Shown here: piece by piece, positions 1 through 10,935 of the stretch
Numbering within the stretch: position 1 is the first letter of the stretch
How the letters are laid out: each line of letters starts with the position of its first letter
NCBI GenBank assembly: GCA_951406725.2
Contig: OX597819.1
Coordinates: forward strand, 39,990,001-40,054,000
Direction of reading: 5' to 3'
Length of the DNA stretch: 64,000 nt
Source of the DNA: Octopus vulgaris
Taxonomy: Eukaryota
Notes under the pieces: generated by a model
Told to the model about the DNA's origin: nothing
Database searches by the model: none
Seen by the model: only the letters and a program-made list of their open reading frames with translations
Program-made: the position numbers and the translations under genes

Positions 1-1359
1 ATTACTAGTTGAGTACTGGGGTCGATGTAATTGACTTCACATCGCCTTCGAAATTGCTTTCTTCCAAAATTCGAAAGCAAATTTCTCAATATCATTTTGT
101 CATGACTTAGTTAGAGGAGGGACCACGGTTCCTATGATCTTTTCCAAAGGAAAGGAGTGAACTTTTCCTTATAGCGAAGTGCTGCCCGGATGCTTGTAAC
201 AGAAGTGATTCGGCTAAAGGCACCCAAGAGCCAGATGCTGGTGCTAAACCGAGCGATAGGTTATGTCTAACACCCAAGAATATGAAAGGTTCCTCTAGTA
301 GGTTTCCACACAGTCTCCATCTACCAAATTCTATTCAAAAAGCTTTGACCGATCTGAGGCTATAATAGAGGACTCGAGATGTTGGACAGTGAGATTAAAG
401 CAAGCTTCTAAATCACCCAGCCATGCTTATGCCCATACGTATATCACATTTGGTTTAGAATTGTTGAAGAAGTGGTTAAAATGTTAGCTAACTGAATCTA
501 CGACACCGATCCGATTTTCTAGTAGATTACCTTACTAGAAATAGCAGTCAAATTTCATCCACACTTAACTGTTATATAAAAAAAGGACAATGGATAATGT
601 GGTCGTATATGAACACTACTTGCATGAAGATGGGATGGTCAAGTCTGAATGCATTTGATCATAGATCTGCTGAATCAAGACCGACGTGGGGTTAAATAAC
701 AATAACAAGTTGTTGTTGGAAAATACAAGAATGAACATCACAACTACAACTGGTATCAAAGAATTCCAAGACTAGTTATGTTTAATAAAAAGTAGCTTAT
801 TTACCAAAATTTTGATATCTCCTTCGAAATATTTACCTTGCGCTGCAATAAACCGGTCCCAGCGTGAAATCCAATATGCATATAACAGAGACTTATATTT
901 TGTAGACCTAACCATGCCTGGACATATAATTCGGATTGAATGTTTTGGATGCTAGAATTAAACTTGTTCGTGTTAAATGGATGCGTTAAGTAATATTTGG
1001 ATTATGTTTGTATGATTAATATATTCATACGCAAATATCTTGTTTGTGCATATGTGTATATATATTTGTGTATGTATGAATATTTATTATTCGTACCTTG
1101 TTTCATGAATTTTTGTTATGTTGTTTAGTATTATCGTTAAAACAACAATACTGTTGGTACTTTTAAAAGTGGTAGTATATTACGTTAGAATGCATTTACT
1201 GGAATATAAGACGCATGATGTACCCAATGTAATGTAATATATTGTTCAATGTTGTTCTTTATGTATTTTGCACATGTGTTTACTATGTACGATTTGCCTA
1301 TGTATGTATATGTATATGTATGCATATTTGTATATTTTTTCTATATGTATATATGTGTT

Positions 1360-1405
<46 letters not shown>

Positions 1406-1521
1406 CGTGTGGGTGTATTTTGAACATTTGTCATATCATTTATTTGTTCGGTTTTATTGGATAGTAAGTGAAGCATGTATAATATATCAACATTATTATT
1501 ATACTTTTCTAGTTATTTAAA

Positions 1522-1653
1522 TCCTCTGACGAGGCCTTTTGTTATTTAAACATACAAGTATAATATTTAATGCGTAGAACTATATTACACTGGCATCTAT
1601 AGGCAATATAAGTTGAATTGACTCTTGACCATAGGCTGAAACACCTGTAAGGA
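1522..1653 (+). ncRNA. Minimal type I hammerhead ribozyme with a long stem II insertion (PLE 3' region)
   Basis: Stem I TCCT(1522-25)/AGGA(1650-53); CTGACGA 1526-32; stem II GGCCT/AGGCT around a ~95-nt loop; GAAA 1638-41; stem III C-ACCT-G; GUA cleavage triplet. Confidence 0.7.
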
Positions 1654-1694
1654 GCAGTTTATTTGTATTATTTTAATTTTTATTATTATATTAC

Positions 1695-1923
1695 ATGGTT
1701 GTATACTGTCAATTTAACGTGACAGTAGGGGATTACACCACCGCTGTTTAGCCCTAGGAAGCATTGACGCCTCCTGATGGCTTCGACACATTTTTTTCCT
1801 GTGTCCTTATATATTTACGAAGGGGAGACAAATACTCCCAGCATCCAGGCCTGCATCTAGAGACACGCATGTTTCAGGATCTTTGTCCATCATCGGTCTA
1901 GAGTAGCAGAAGCCCGCCAGCCG
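1695..1923 (-). repeat. Inverted 5' pseudo-LTR copy, including a hammerhead on the minus strand (1856-1902)
   Basis: Reverse complement of 3840-4067 with two substitutions and one indel. Confidence 0.95.
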
Positions 1924-1952
1924 GGATTACAGTATGGGATTACACCACCGCT

Positions 1953-2135
1953 GTAAATATATAAGGACACAGGAAAAAATGTGTCGAAGCCATCAGGAGG
2001 CGTCGATGCTTCCTAGGGCTAAACAGCGGTGGTGTAATCCCCTACTGTCACGTTTAATTGACAGTATACAACCATTCTATCGCCCCACCACCGTACATAT
2101 CTCTATGAGATATTTAGAAATTTAATATTTCTGAT
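1953..2135 (+). repeat. Direct pseudo-LTR, left copy (183 bp)
   Basis: Matches 3945-4127 with two substitutions; contains hairpins GACACA/TGTGTC, AGGAGGC/GCTTCCT, TACTGTCA/TGACAGTA, ATATCTC/GAGATAT. Confidence 0.95.
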
Positions 2136-2329
2136 TTTGGTAATCAGTGAATAAACTTCACTGAAAATTAGATATATATATTTACGAAGTCGGGACAGAT
2201 ATCTGCGGCTGGCGGGCAGTGTTTGTGTCGGTTATTTTGTATTATGGTTATTGTGTATTGCGGTTGTGAGTTGGATTTTGTTGTTGGAAGTTGTTACAGC
2301 GTGGTGAATTGTTGGAGTTTTTGTTGGGT

Positions 2330-3655
2330 ATGCAAGCCAAACTTATGCGGGAGCAGCAGACAAAGGCCTGGCGGCGAGCGAACTAAAGTTGGAAGAAATA
2401 GTTATCGAGAAGGAGAGTTTGGGGAAGTACTACGACAGCTTCAAGAAGGAAGGTGATTGTCTGAGGGTCACACCACCTGAAGACGAAGTGAAAGAAGCTG
2501 AGAAGAGAATTATAACGTACAAAACGTGGAGTGAGGTTTCGAAGATAATAGAAGAAGCAGAGGTGGAAGAAATCGAGAAGTATCTACAGGAAATTAAAAG
2601 AAAAACTACCTTCTACAATAGAGGTAGAAAATATGCGACAGTAGACGTTCGTTTTGAAAACGAAGACGAAGCGAAGAGAAACGCCACGACAGTATTGAAA
2701 TCCGAAAAATGGGTGTTACTACCTAGCTATTGTGGAAAAAGAGCAGTGAGAATACGGATTAGTAAAATTTCACCGGAACTGGACACGGAAAGAATTGTAG
2801 CGGTAATAATATTCAACTGCAAAGAGAACGTCGACATACTGAAGGTAGAAAAGTCGAAAGAAATAAATTGGTGGGGTTATGAGGTGCAGGCTTTGGTTCA
2901 CATAACCATGCCAGACCTGTATAACATCCCAGAGGAGTTGGTGTTCCCCGACGAGACACGTCTCAGAGTCGTGGTGGAGGGGAGACCCCCTCAGTGTGTT
3001 ATAAATGAAAATTAGAGGCCACATGAAGGATATGTGTCCGCTAAGAGAAGTACAAGAGAAGACGATAACACTGGAGGCTTTGACAGAGGAGTTACAAAAG
3101 GCTAATGTGGAATTGCAAGCGGAAAAGGAAATCGTGACTACAGATAATGTGGAAAGTGGTGACGAGTTGGTGAAGGAGAAAGAAAAGGAAAGAACAGAAG
3201 AAAAAGAGGATAGAAAGAGAACGCACAAAAAAAGAAAAAAGCTAAAAAGTCTACCGACGAGACAGAGGATCGAACGCACGAAGAGAGAGATACAAAAACG
3301 AAAGTGAGTGAAGTTTTAATGTGGGAGGAAGAGAAAGAATGGGAAAGAAAAATGGAAGAACAACTGAAAATATATAAGGAAGGACGAAGGTCAAAAGGAA
3401 GAAATCTCAAAGCTATAATGTTGTACAAAAAGGACAAAGAAATTAGCGAATATGAAAAATCTAACTAGAGTAAAACTGAACCCGAAGATATTCGATGACC
3501 AAATAAAGGCGGCAATTGTAGAAAGAGAGACAGTAATGAAATTAATAAATGTGTATTCAAATATAGCTGTAGGCGTAATGCAATACATTCGATATGACAG
3601 TTTGCCAGGTGTTATAGAACAGGAGGATTACATTACGGATGAACGCCCTGGATAG
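2330..3655 (+). pseudogene. Frameshifted Tx1/L1-type ORF1-like gene (RRM-like region, CCHC zinc knuckle, charged tail)
   Basis: ORFs 2389-3015, 3005-3307 and 3452-3655 join across frameshifts; knuckle C-YK-(C>stop)-KIRG-H-MKDM-C; aligns by eye to ORF1 at 22900-23700 (RGRKYATVDVRF/RGMRSATVEAQF, LLPSYCGKR/LLPTYLGRR, RVVVEGRPPQC/RVVVEGRRLRC). Confidence 0.85.
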
Positions 3656-3860
3656 CACAATTGTAATTGTAAATGAAACTGCGAGCTTTGAGGGGCTCGT
3701 AAGCCATTCCATTTAATTCATTATAAATATTTCATTGTCATACCATCCTTTTTGTATTTTTGTTATATGTACCCCATGTCCTGTATTGTTATGTCCCCTC
3801 TTCATTCGGGCCATTGTGCCTATAATAAAGATTCATCTGCGGCTGGCGGGCTTCTGCTAC

Positions 3861-3907
3861 TCTAGACCGATGATGGACAAAGATCCTGAAACATGCGTGT
3901 CTCTAGA
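3861..3907 (+). ncRNA. Type I hammerhead ribozyme with a variant core
   Basis: Stem I TCTAGA/TCTAGA; CCGATGA 3867-73; T-GGA-caaaga-TCC-T; GAAA 3888-91; stem III CA-tgcg-TG; GUC cleavage triplet ending at 3901. Confidence 0.75.
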
Positions 3908-3944
3908 TGCAAGCCTGGCTGCTGGGAGTATTTGTCTCCCCTTC

Positions 3945-4127
3945 GTAAATATATAAGGACACAGGAAAAAATGTGTCGAAGCCATCAGGAGGCGTCAATG
4001 CTTCCTAGGGCTAAACAGCGGTGGTGTAATCCCCTACTGTCACGTTAAATTGACAGTATACAACCATTCTATCGCCCCACCACCGTACATATCTCTATGA
4101 GATATTTAGAAATTTAATATTTCTGAT
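3945..4127 (+). repeat. Direct pseudo-LTR, right copy
   Basis: Matches 1953-2135. Confidence 0.95.
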
Positions 4128-4253
4128 ATCATATTACATATTGATGTATATTGTTTTGTTCGATTTTGATGTTCCCACTTGTATAATTAATAAATAATGT
4201 GAAATTGTAATATCCGTAAGTTGATGATCGAAATGAATTTGTTTCTCCATTTT

Positions 4254-4316
<63 letters not shown>

Positions 4317-4324
4317 TAGAGTGA

Positions 4325-5200
4325 AAAATAGTAAAAGTGAAAAAACGACAGAAGGCTTAAATGTTAAAAAATATATATATTTGTGTCAAAATGTCTGGAG
4401 AATATTGGAAAAAATTTTTTTCCTTTCCTTAAAATGACATAATTTTAAAATTATTTAAAGAAATTACCGGTTTCGCGTGTAGCATTTCAAATTTCTTGTG
4501 ACGTTATGTTTATATTGCATGGAGTTATCGTTGTGTTTATTTTCAGGAGATTTCTAAATAAGGGGAGGTAGTGAGTGATTTCTTCCGGTGTAAGGGAGAT
4601 AATCGCTTAAAAATTTTTCCCTTTCCCTTGTTAATTTCTCTGTGTCAGTATGTTCGGATGGTTGAGTCTGGGTTTGTACTTTTCAATGAAAAATGTTTCC
4701 TTGTTCAGTCTCATTTGTGTTGATGATCCGAAAGCACATTGGTAAAATGGATCATCAACACAAATGAGACTGAACAAGGAAACATTTTTCATTGAAAAGT
4801 ACAAACCCAGACTCAACCATCCGAACATACTGACACAGAGAAATTAACAAGGGAAAGGGAAAAAATTTTTAAGCGATTATCTCCCTTACACCGGAAGAAA
4901 TCACTCACTACCTCCCCTTATTTAGAAATCTCCTGAAAATAAACACAACGATAACTCCATGCAATATAAACATAACGTCACAAGAAATTTGAAAAGCTAC
5001 ACGCGAAACCGGTAATTTCTTTAAAAAATTTTTTAAATTATGTCATTTTAAGGAAAGGAAAAAAATTTTTTCCAATATTCTCCAGACATTTTGACACAAA
5101 TATATATATTTTTTAACATTTAAGCCTTCTGTCGTTTTTTCACTCTTTACTATTTTCTTATATATTCACCCACGTGCTTTACCAAACAAACTTTCTTATC
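4325..5200. mobile_element. Penelope-like element 3' end duplicated as a ~405-bp-arm palindrome
   Basis: 4325-4729 is the reverse complement of 4749-5156 (19-nt spacer); each arm encodes a GIY-YIG-like C-terminus (RLNKETFFIEKYKPRLN) followed by a degenerate hammerhead (4983-5020 +, 4459-4496 -). Confidence 0.8.
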
Positions 5201-5202
5201 TA

Positions 5203-5256
<54 letters not shown>

Positions 5257-5351
5257 CATATATATATATATGTATGTATGTATACATGTATATATATGAA
5301 TGTATATATATATATATACATTTATATAGAGAGATTTTCATGTATATATAC

Positions 5352-5386
<35 letters not shown>

Positions 5387-5642
5387 TATTTACATATATA
5401 TGTACAAATATGTGTATGCATATATACACTTGTATATATATATGTGTGTGTACATATATATATGCATGCATATATGTGTATGTATGTATATATGTATATA
5501 TATGTATATATATTTATGTATATATATATATATATATATATGTAAGCATGTACATATGTGTGTATATATATGTGTATATATGTATGTATATAGATGTATA
5601 TTTATAGATGTATGTGTATAGATGTATATGTATAGATGTATA

Positions 5643-5700
<58 letters not shown>

Positions 5701-5705
<5 letters not shown>

Positions 5706-6080
5706 AAGGGTTAAATGCAACAAGTTGCTCAAAACCACATACCGAAAATATTAGAAATAGCAGCCAAAATTGGTCAGTATTTCCTCTACTAGTAAAAAGT
5801 CTCCACAAACAAACAGAATTTGTAAGTTGTATATGGCAAAAAAAGGCAGAAAATAACGAAAACCCAGCCTCTGGATTAATTATAGACGACTCGTTTCTGG
5901 ATTAGAACCGAAGGTTCATTTCCTTGTCAATATAATATTTCCTATAGATCTAGAAATGCTAGGGGAAACCCTTTATTATAATTATTATAACCCTTACCAA
6001 ATATGGTCTTTTCCATACCGACAAATCTACTAGGTGAAATTGATTAATTTTATTAAATTAATTATATTCCACCCTTTATT
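5701..6080 (-). mobile_element. Probable PLE 3' remnant with a degenerate hammerhead-like motif (5879-5936)
   Basis: Minus strand ATTATA-TTGACAA-GGA..TCC-A-GAAA-CGAGTCG-TC-TATAAT; short inverted repeat taataaagggtt/aaccctttatta; set in (TA)n. Confidence 0.4.
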
Positions 6081-6082
6081 GA

Positions 6083-6116
<34 letters not shown>

Positions 6117-6315
6117 ATGTATATATATATATTATGTATATATATAGATCTCTATGTATGTATATATAGAAATGCATATGTATATATAAGTGTATATATA
6201 CATATATATATGCTTATATACATATATATATTTTGTATATAGGTGTATGTATATATATACATGAATATATATACATGTATATATATGTGTGTATATATAT
6301 ATACGTGTGTGTGTG

Positions 6316-6815
6316 TATAAACGAACGGCAAAATGTCTGTGTATCTGTGTGTCTGTATGTCCTTTATACAAATCCACACTCTTTCACGTAAAAGGCTCGC
6401 ATTTTCTATGGCCTTTCAAACCTGTCTGAGTGTGGTCGTGAAGATCTTTCCATTTCTCCAGTCACCCCAGAAAATCATTAAAAAATCGATAAACCGACCC
6501 CATATGCTCATGAGTTATTTTGCGGCCAAATTCGAGTTTTTCGCTTTCTTCGGCCTCCTTTTTTGTCCGACTAATGGCATGTGCACAGTCCCGCTAATTT
6601 TCCATGATTATGCCGTTCCAGATGTGGAAACACAAGTCCAATGAATATTAATTACTCTCATAAAAAGCTCCAACTAGCTCATGAACAATAAAACTGGCCC
6701 GGGCTGAAATGTGATAAGAAGCCTAACTCTTGATTTTGTGAGAAATTTTTACTGCAACCCAGCAACGAACAACTAGCACTAGGACTAGACCCGGCAACGC
6801 CGGGTCACTTTGCTA

Positions 6816-6816
<1 letters not shown>
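6316..6816 (+). mobile_element. Non-autonomous Helitron
   Basis: 3' hairpin GACCCGG-caacg-CCGGGTC (6788-6806) followed by CTAG|T; TGTCTG-rich 5' part like the other Helitrons here; 5' end approximate. Confidence 0.7.
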
Positions 6817-6854
<38 letters not shown>

Positions 6855-7429
6855 CGTTATCGATCATGCATAAATGGTGTATGCGTTTTGTTGATACACC
6901 GAATTTGAAACGGTATAGCGTCTAGGATGGCTCCCTACTTAACGCTGAATGTTAATGAACACCTGAATGTCATAGACTAGGCGAGACAACTCGCCCTCGA
7001 ATTGAATCCGAGAGTGGTAAATACCGATATTTTGCCATTATTATGGCTTATTATTAACGTGCACTGGGATCAAACAGAAACGAATTGAATATCTGGTCAA
7101 TGTCTTATATACAAATACAGTGAAAACTATTTGCTGATGTGTCACAGCGTAGCACTTGGGAAAGTAAATTAAATTACAAATTAAAAGCAGTTGTAGTCAT
7201 GTAAACGTTATCAGTCGCACATGCACAGTGTATATGTTTTGCTTATACGCCGAATTTGTTGCGAGGATGCGTCTTGTATAGCTCCTTACCCAACACCGAG
7301 TATTAAAAACCTAGATTCAACCATCTCACTGGACGTTGGTTCCAGGTCAATTCTCACCCCTGCACGCTGTCACCTGTCTGTACCGCCGCATAGTGAACTG
7401 TTTGGACTGTCTTAAGCGATCCCGTTGTT

Positions 7430-7540
7430 TCAGCATGACACAGACTGAATTCTCCGCACTCCGTCAACTCCGATGCTGTGACGATATTGTGATCAAACCG
7501 ACGTAAAGGTGGTGCGTTGGTTGTATGGCAGGTTGACTGC
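7430..7540 (+). pseudogene. Penelope-type reverse transcriptase N-terminal fragment
   Basis: Translates MTQTEFSALRQLRCCDDIVIKP..KGGALVVW, matching the PLE RT motif IVIKPADKGG. Confidence 0.65.
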
Positions 7541-10164
7541 CACAGTGTGAAAACATGACACTAACTGAATGGCCCTTTTTCCATCTCCTCTGACCTCCCT
7601 CCCATTAATTTCTTGTGTTCACCTCCAATCAAGATCTCATCGCCTTCTCCTTACTTTCCTCGGATCTTTTCTGTTTGACTGCAACTGTGGAAATTTCAAA
7701 GTTTATTGAAAACTTTAAAATTTGGTGTATTAATGCAGTTTCCAAGCTGAATCTCGGAGATATTTCACTTTTTCCAGAAAAATCGTTTGAAAAGGTTATA
7801 GAGCTTTAAAGTTTGATAATTTCCACCTAGTCAGAAAACAGGATTTGGAAGCTGTCATTATGTGTGTGATGTGTTTTGATATGAAACTAAGTAAATCAAT
7901 TTCTGTTTTACGCACGACATATAACGCCTCATAACCTATTTTCTTTTTTGAAATTTTCAGGAAATTTTTGCGAATTTATATTCTATACTCGGGAATTCAT
8001 ACGATAATGCAAAAACAAAAAATAATTAGGGGGTGCGTGATTTAAGGCCTATTTGGCTTTTATTTTTAGCACATATCTCGACCAGGGTACAAGCAACAAA
8101 ACACATCGTCGATACAATGCTTTCGCGTAGAATATATTTGTCAACACGTACTATCTCGCAGATAAAAGGGTTCTCATGTTTGGTTTGTTAATATGGAAAC
8201 AGGCATGAATGTGTCTGTGGTTTTACGATTGGCTAAAATTATCCAAAATTCACAAACTTTAAAAGCTAATAACACTTTATTTATTGATTTATGTCGAAAA
8301 TGAATTCTATGGCATTAATTAGTATATAAAACTACATCATTACACCGAATATGAAACCAATTTGAACAGTAATTCAAACAGATTAAAAATTATAAGCCAA
8401 ACAGAAAAGATCCCTACTCCACCTCCCTGCATGCACAATATGGTTACACATAAGCACAGCATGGATTTGCAAGACATCCAACTAGACAAAGCAAGTGAAG
8501 GCAAATATAAATCCAAGGGATTTAAACGCACAGAATAGAAAACTGACAAGAATATTTTTCAGCAAACATACATTTTCAAAAAGGGAAAATAACTACATTT
8601 CTATAGACACTAACAGTGATGTGAACAATTTGAACGACATGTTAAGCAACAACAAGTCTATCTCAGAATCATTAGGCCATCAGATATATTAATTATGGTC
8701 ATTCAGGTTCTGAGTTTACATCCTGCTAAGAACAACTTTGCATATTATCCTTGTGAGAGCGATGAAAAATAAAATATACCGGTATATAGAAACAGATCTT
8801 TATACATACATTCAGACACACTTTTACACACGTTCTTCATTCACGCGCGCGCATTATTCCTCGGGGTTGGGGTTCCTCTACATTCTCTCTTGTTAGCTGA
8901 TAAGTTAGTAAGAATAGTGATGAGTGAGTTTAAATAATACATTCATATACATGTATGTATATGTATGTGGTGGGGTACACATACACACACGATGGGTTTC
9001 TTCAGTTTTCATTAACTTTCGATAAATCCGCGACTACAGCAGAAGAAACTCGTTCAATGTGTCACATAAACGGAACAGTTTCACATAGAGTTCACATAAT
9101 TTACAACATAGTGTAAATCTTTTACTGTTTTTTTTTTTTAACATTCACTCATGAAAAAAAAAGCTACGCATTGTACCAATATCAGAAATCTGTTTTTTAA
9201 AAAAAAGAAGGTAGCATATAGTCTCGTCTATGATCAACTCTGAATATCGCCTCAGATTATCGCATAAAAATATTTTAACACTTTGTAGTGATATCAGAGA
9301 AGACTTCTCGCCACCAGATGTCATTGTTACAAAATATGTACTGCCATTGTTCCGCTGTAATGTTTTCATTTAACATCCGGTTTATGATAATACACCAAAA
9401 ATAAGTCAAAAGATACATTATACTATAACTCTTTATATCTCCCTATTTTACTTCAATTATTTTTCAAACGAAATAAAGACAAAATAATAAAATATGCAAT
9501 ATATTCAAAATGGAAGTTTCCAAGTATTTTTCTATCTTGCTTTCCTGTCTTGTTTTCCTAGTTTCTTTCTCTCTTACGTTCATTCATATTTCTTTCTAAT
9601 CATTTTTGTTATCGTTTTTCTCCCATGATTTTTGTTTGTTATACTTTCTGTTTCTTATATGAATTGTTTAGAATCATATTTTAGTTTCTCATTCACTTTT
9701 CTTCGTCACTTTCATTAATCTAATTGATATGCTCAGCATATATCTTTGTGTAGGATATGAGATAGTATGGTGAGAAACAGACAGGCAGACAGGCACGGTG
9801 ATACATGACAGATACAGACTTTGTGTATTGTATCACGCATGACTATTTAAATATCGATACAATATTAATACAAATATATATATATATGCTCACGTGTGTG
9901 TATGGGTGTGTGTGTGTGTATGTGTGTGTGTATGTGTATGTGTGTGGAGCATGTGCATGTGTGCATAGAAAGAAAGAAAGAGAGAGAGAGAAAGAGTGGG
10001 AGAGAGGGAGAGAGAATGTGCAATTATATAATCGGTAATATATCAGTTTGGTTTCAGACACATAAACATACACACACGCATGCGTGTATGTATGTATTAT
10101 GCTTGTATGTATGCACGTATGTATGTATGTATTATCTAAGTGCATGTGGATGTGTGTGCATATG

Positions 10165-10217
<53 letters not shown>

Positions 10218-10219
10218 TG

Positions 10220-10372
<153 letters not shown>

Positions 10373-10437
10373 TGCTATGATTTAAGTATATCATTGTTGA
10401 ACTACTACATGGTGGTTCTTCTCTAATTTATATATAG

Positions 10438-10731
10438 TTATCTAAAAGAATTTCTATCCATTACTCAACATTTAGGGATAGGAATAAACGTAACAGTACA
10501 GGTCTCAGTAAATTAATTTGGAATCTAAAAGACCACAATGGACAATTTAATTTAGAATGGTTGATTCTCTCAATCTCGATACCTTATGACAAAGGCAAGG
10601 AATTCTGTCTTCTCTGTAATTCTGAACTACTTTTCATTATTTTTTCTAAATATCCCCTAGTAAACACAGTTATAGAGCGTGCATACCGATGTAAACATTG
10701 GCAAAAACACACCTTTAGTTCATATAAGTAA
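10438..10731 (+). pseudogene. Penelope-like GIY-YIG endonuclease C-terminal part (not in the ORF track)
   Basis: Open frame LSKRISIHYSTFRDRNKRNSTGLSKLIWNLKDHNGQFNLEWLILSISIPYDKGKEFCLLCNSELLFIIFSKYPLVNTVIERAYRCKHWQKHTFSSYK*, with typical PLE ST-LSK-IW-LK, PY, CxLC and CxH motifs. Confidence 0.85.
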
Positions 10732-10935
10732 TCTTTATCATTATATATAATTTTAACATTAATTTTCTTTTTATATTTAACATTCACGAAAATAATATCC
10801 CTCCTCTTTCTATAGGCTACTTCTGACGTTATATCATATAAAGATTTTTCAAGCAATATTAATAGCGTTCAGTAAATCACTATTCATATCCATCATTTTC
10901 TGTTAAAATGTCTTATTGACGAGTTTCATTTCTTC

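Larger units (their letters stand above)
1697..4126 (+). mobile_element. Non-autonomous Penelope-type/retrozyme-like element carrying a LINE ORF1-like cassette
   Basis: 1695-1923 is the reverse complement of 3840-4067; 1953-2135 directly repeats 3945-4127; TSD tattatattacat (1684-96) / tatcatattacat (4127-39); hammerhead at 3861-3907. Confidence 0.8.

Noticed and set aside
2389-3015. Host zinc-knuckle gene
   Set aside because: Intronless, frameshifted, and homologous to the LINE ORF1 at 22900-23700.
2175-3955. DNA-transposon TIRs (tatatatttacgaag / cttcgtaaatatata)
   Set aside because: Pairing continues through strand-specific G-U wobbles and leads into the hammerhead stem, favouring RNA structure; not fully excluded.
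1697-4126. DIRS/Ngaro (split direct repeat) or LTR-retrotransposon interpretation
   Set aside because: No RT, RNase H or tyrosine recombinase, no TG..CA ends or PBS; a 13-bp TSD, inverted 5' copy and hammerhead fit Penelope-type integration better.
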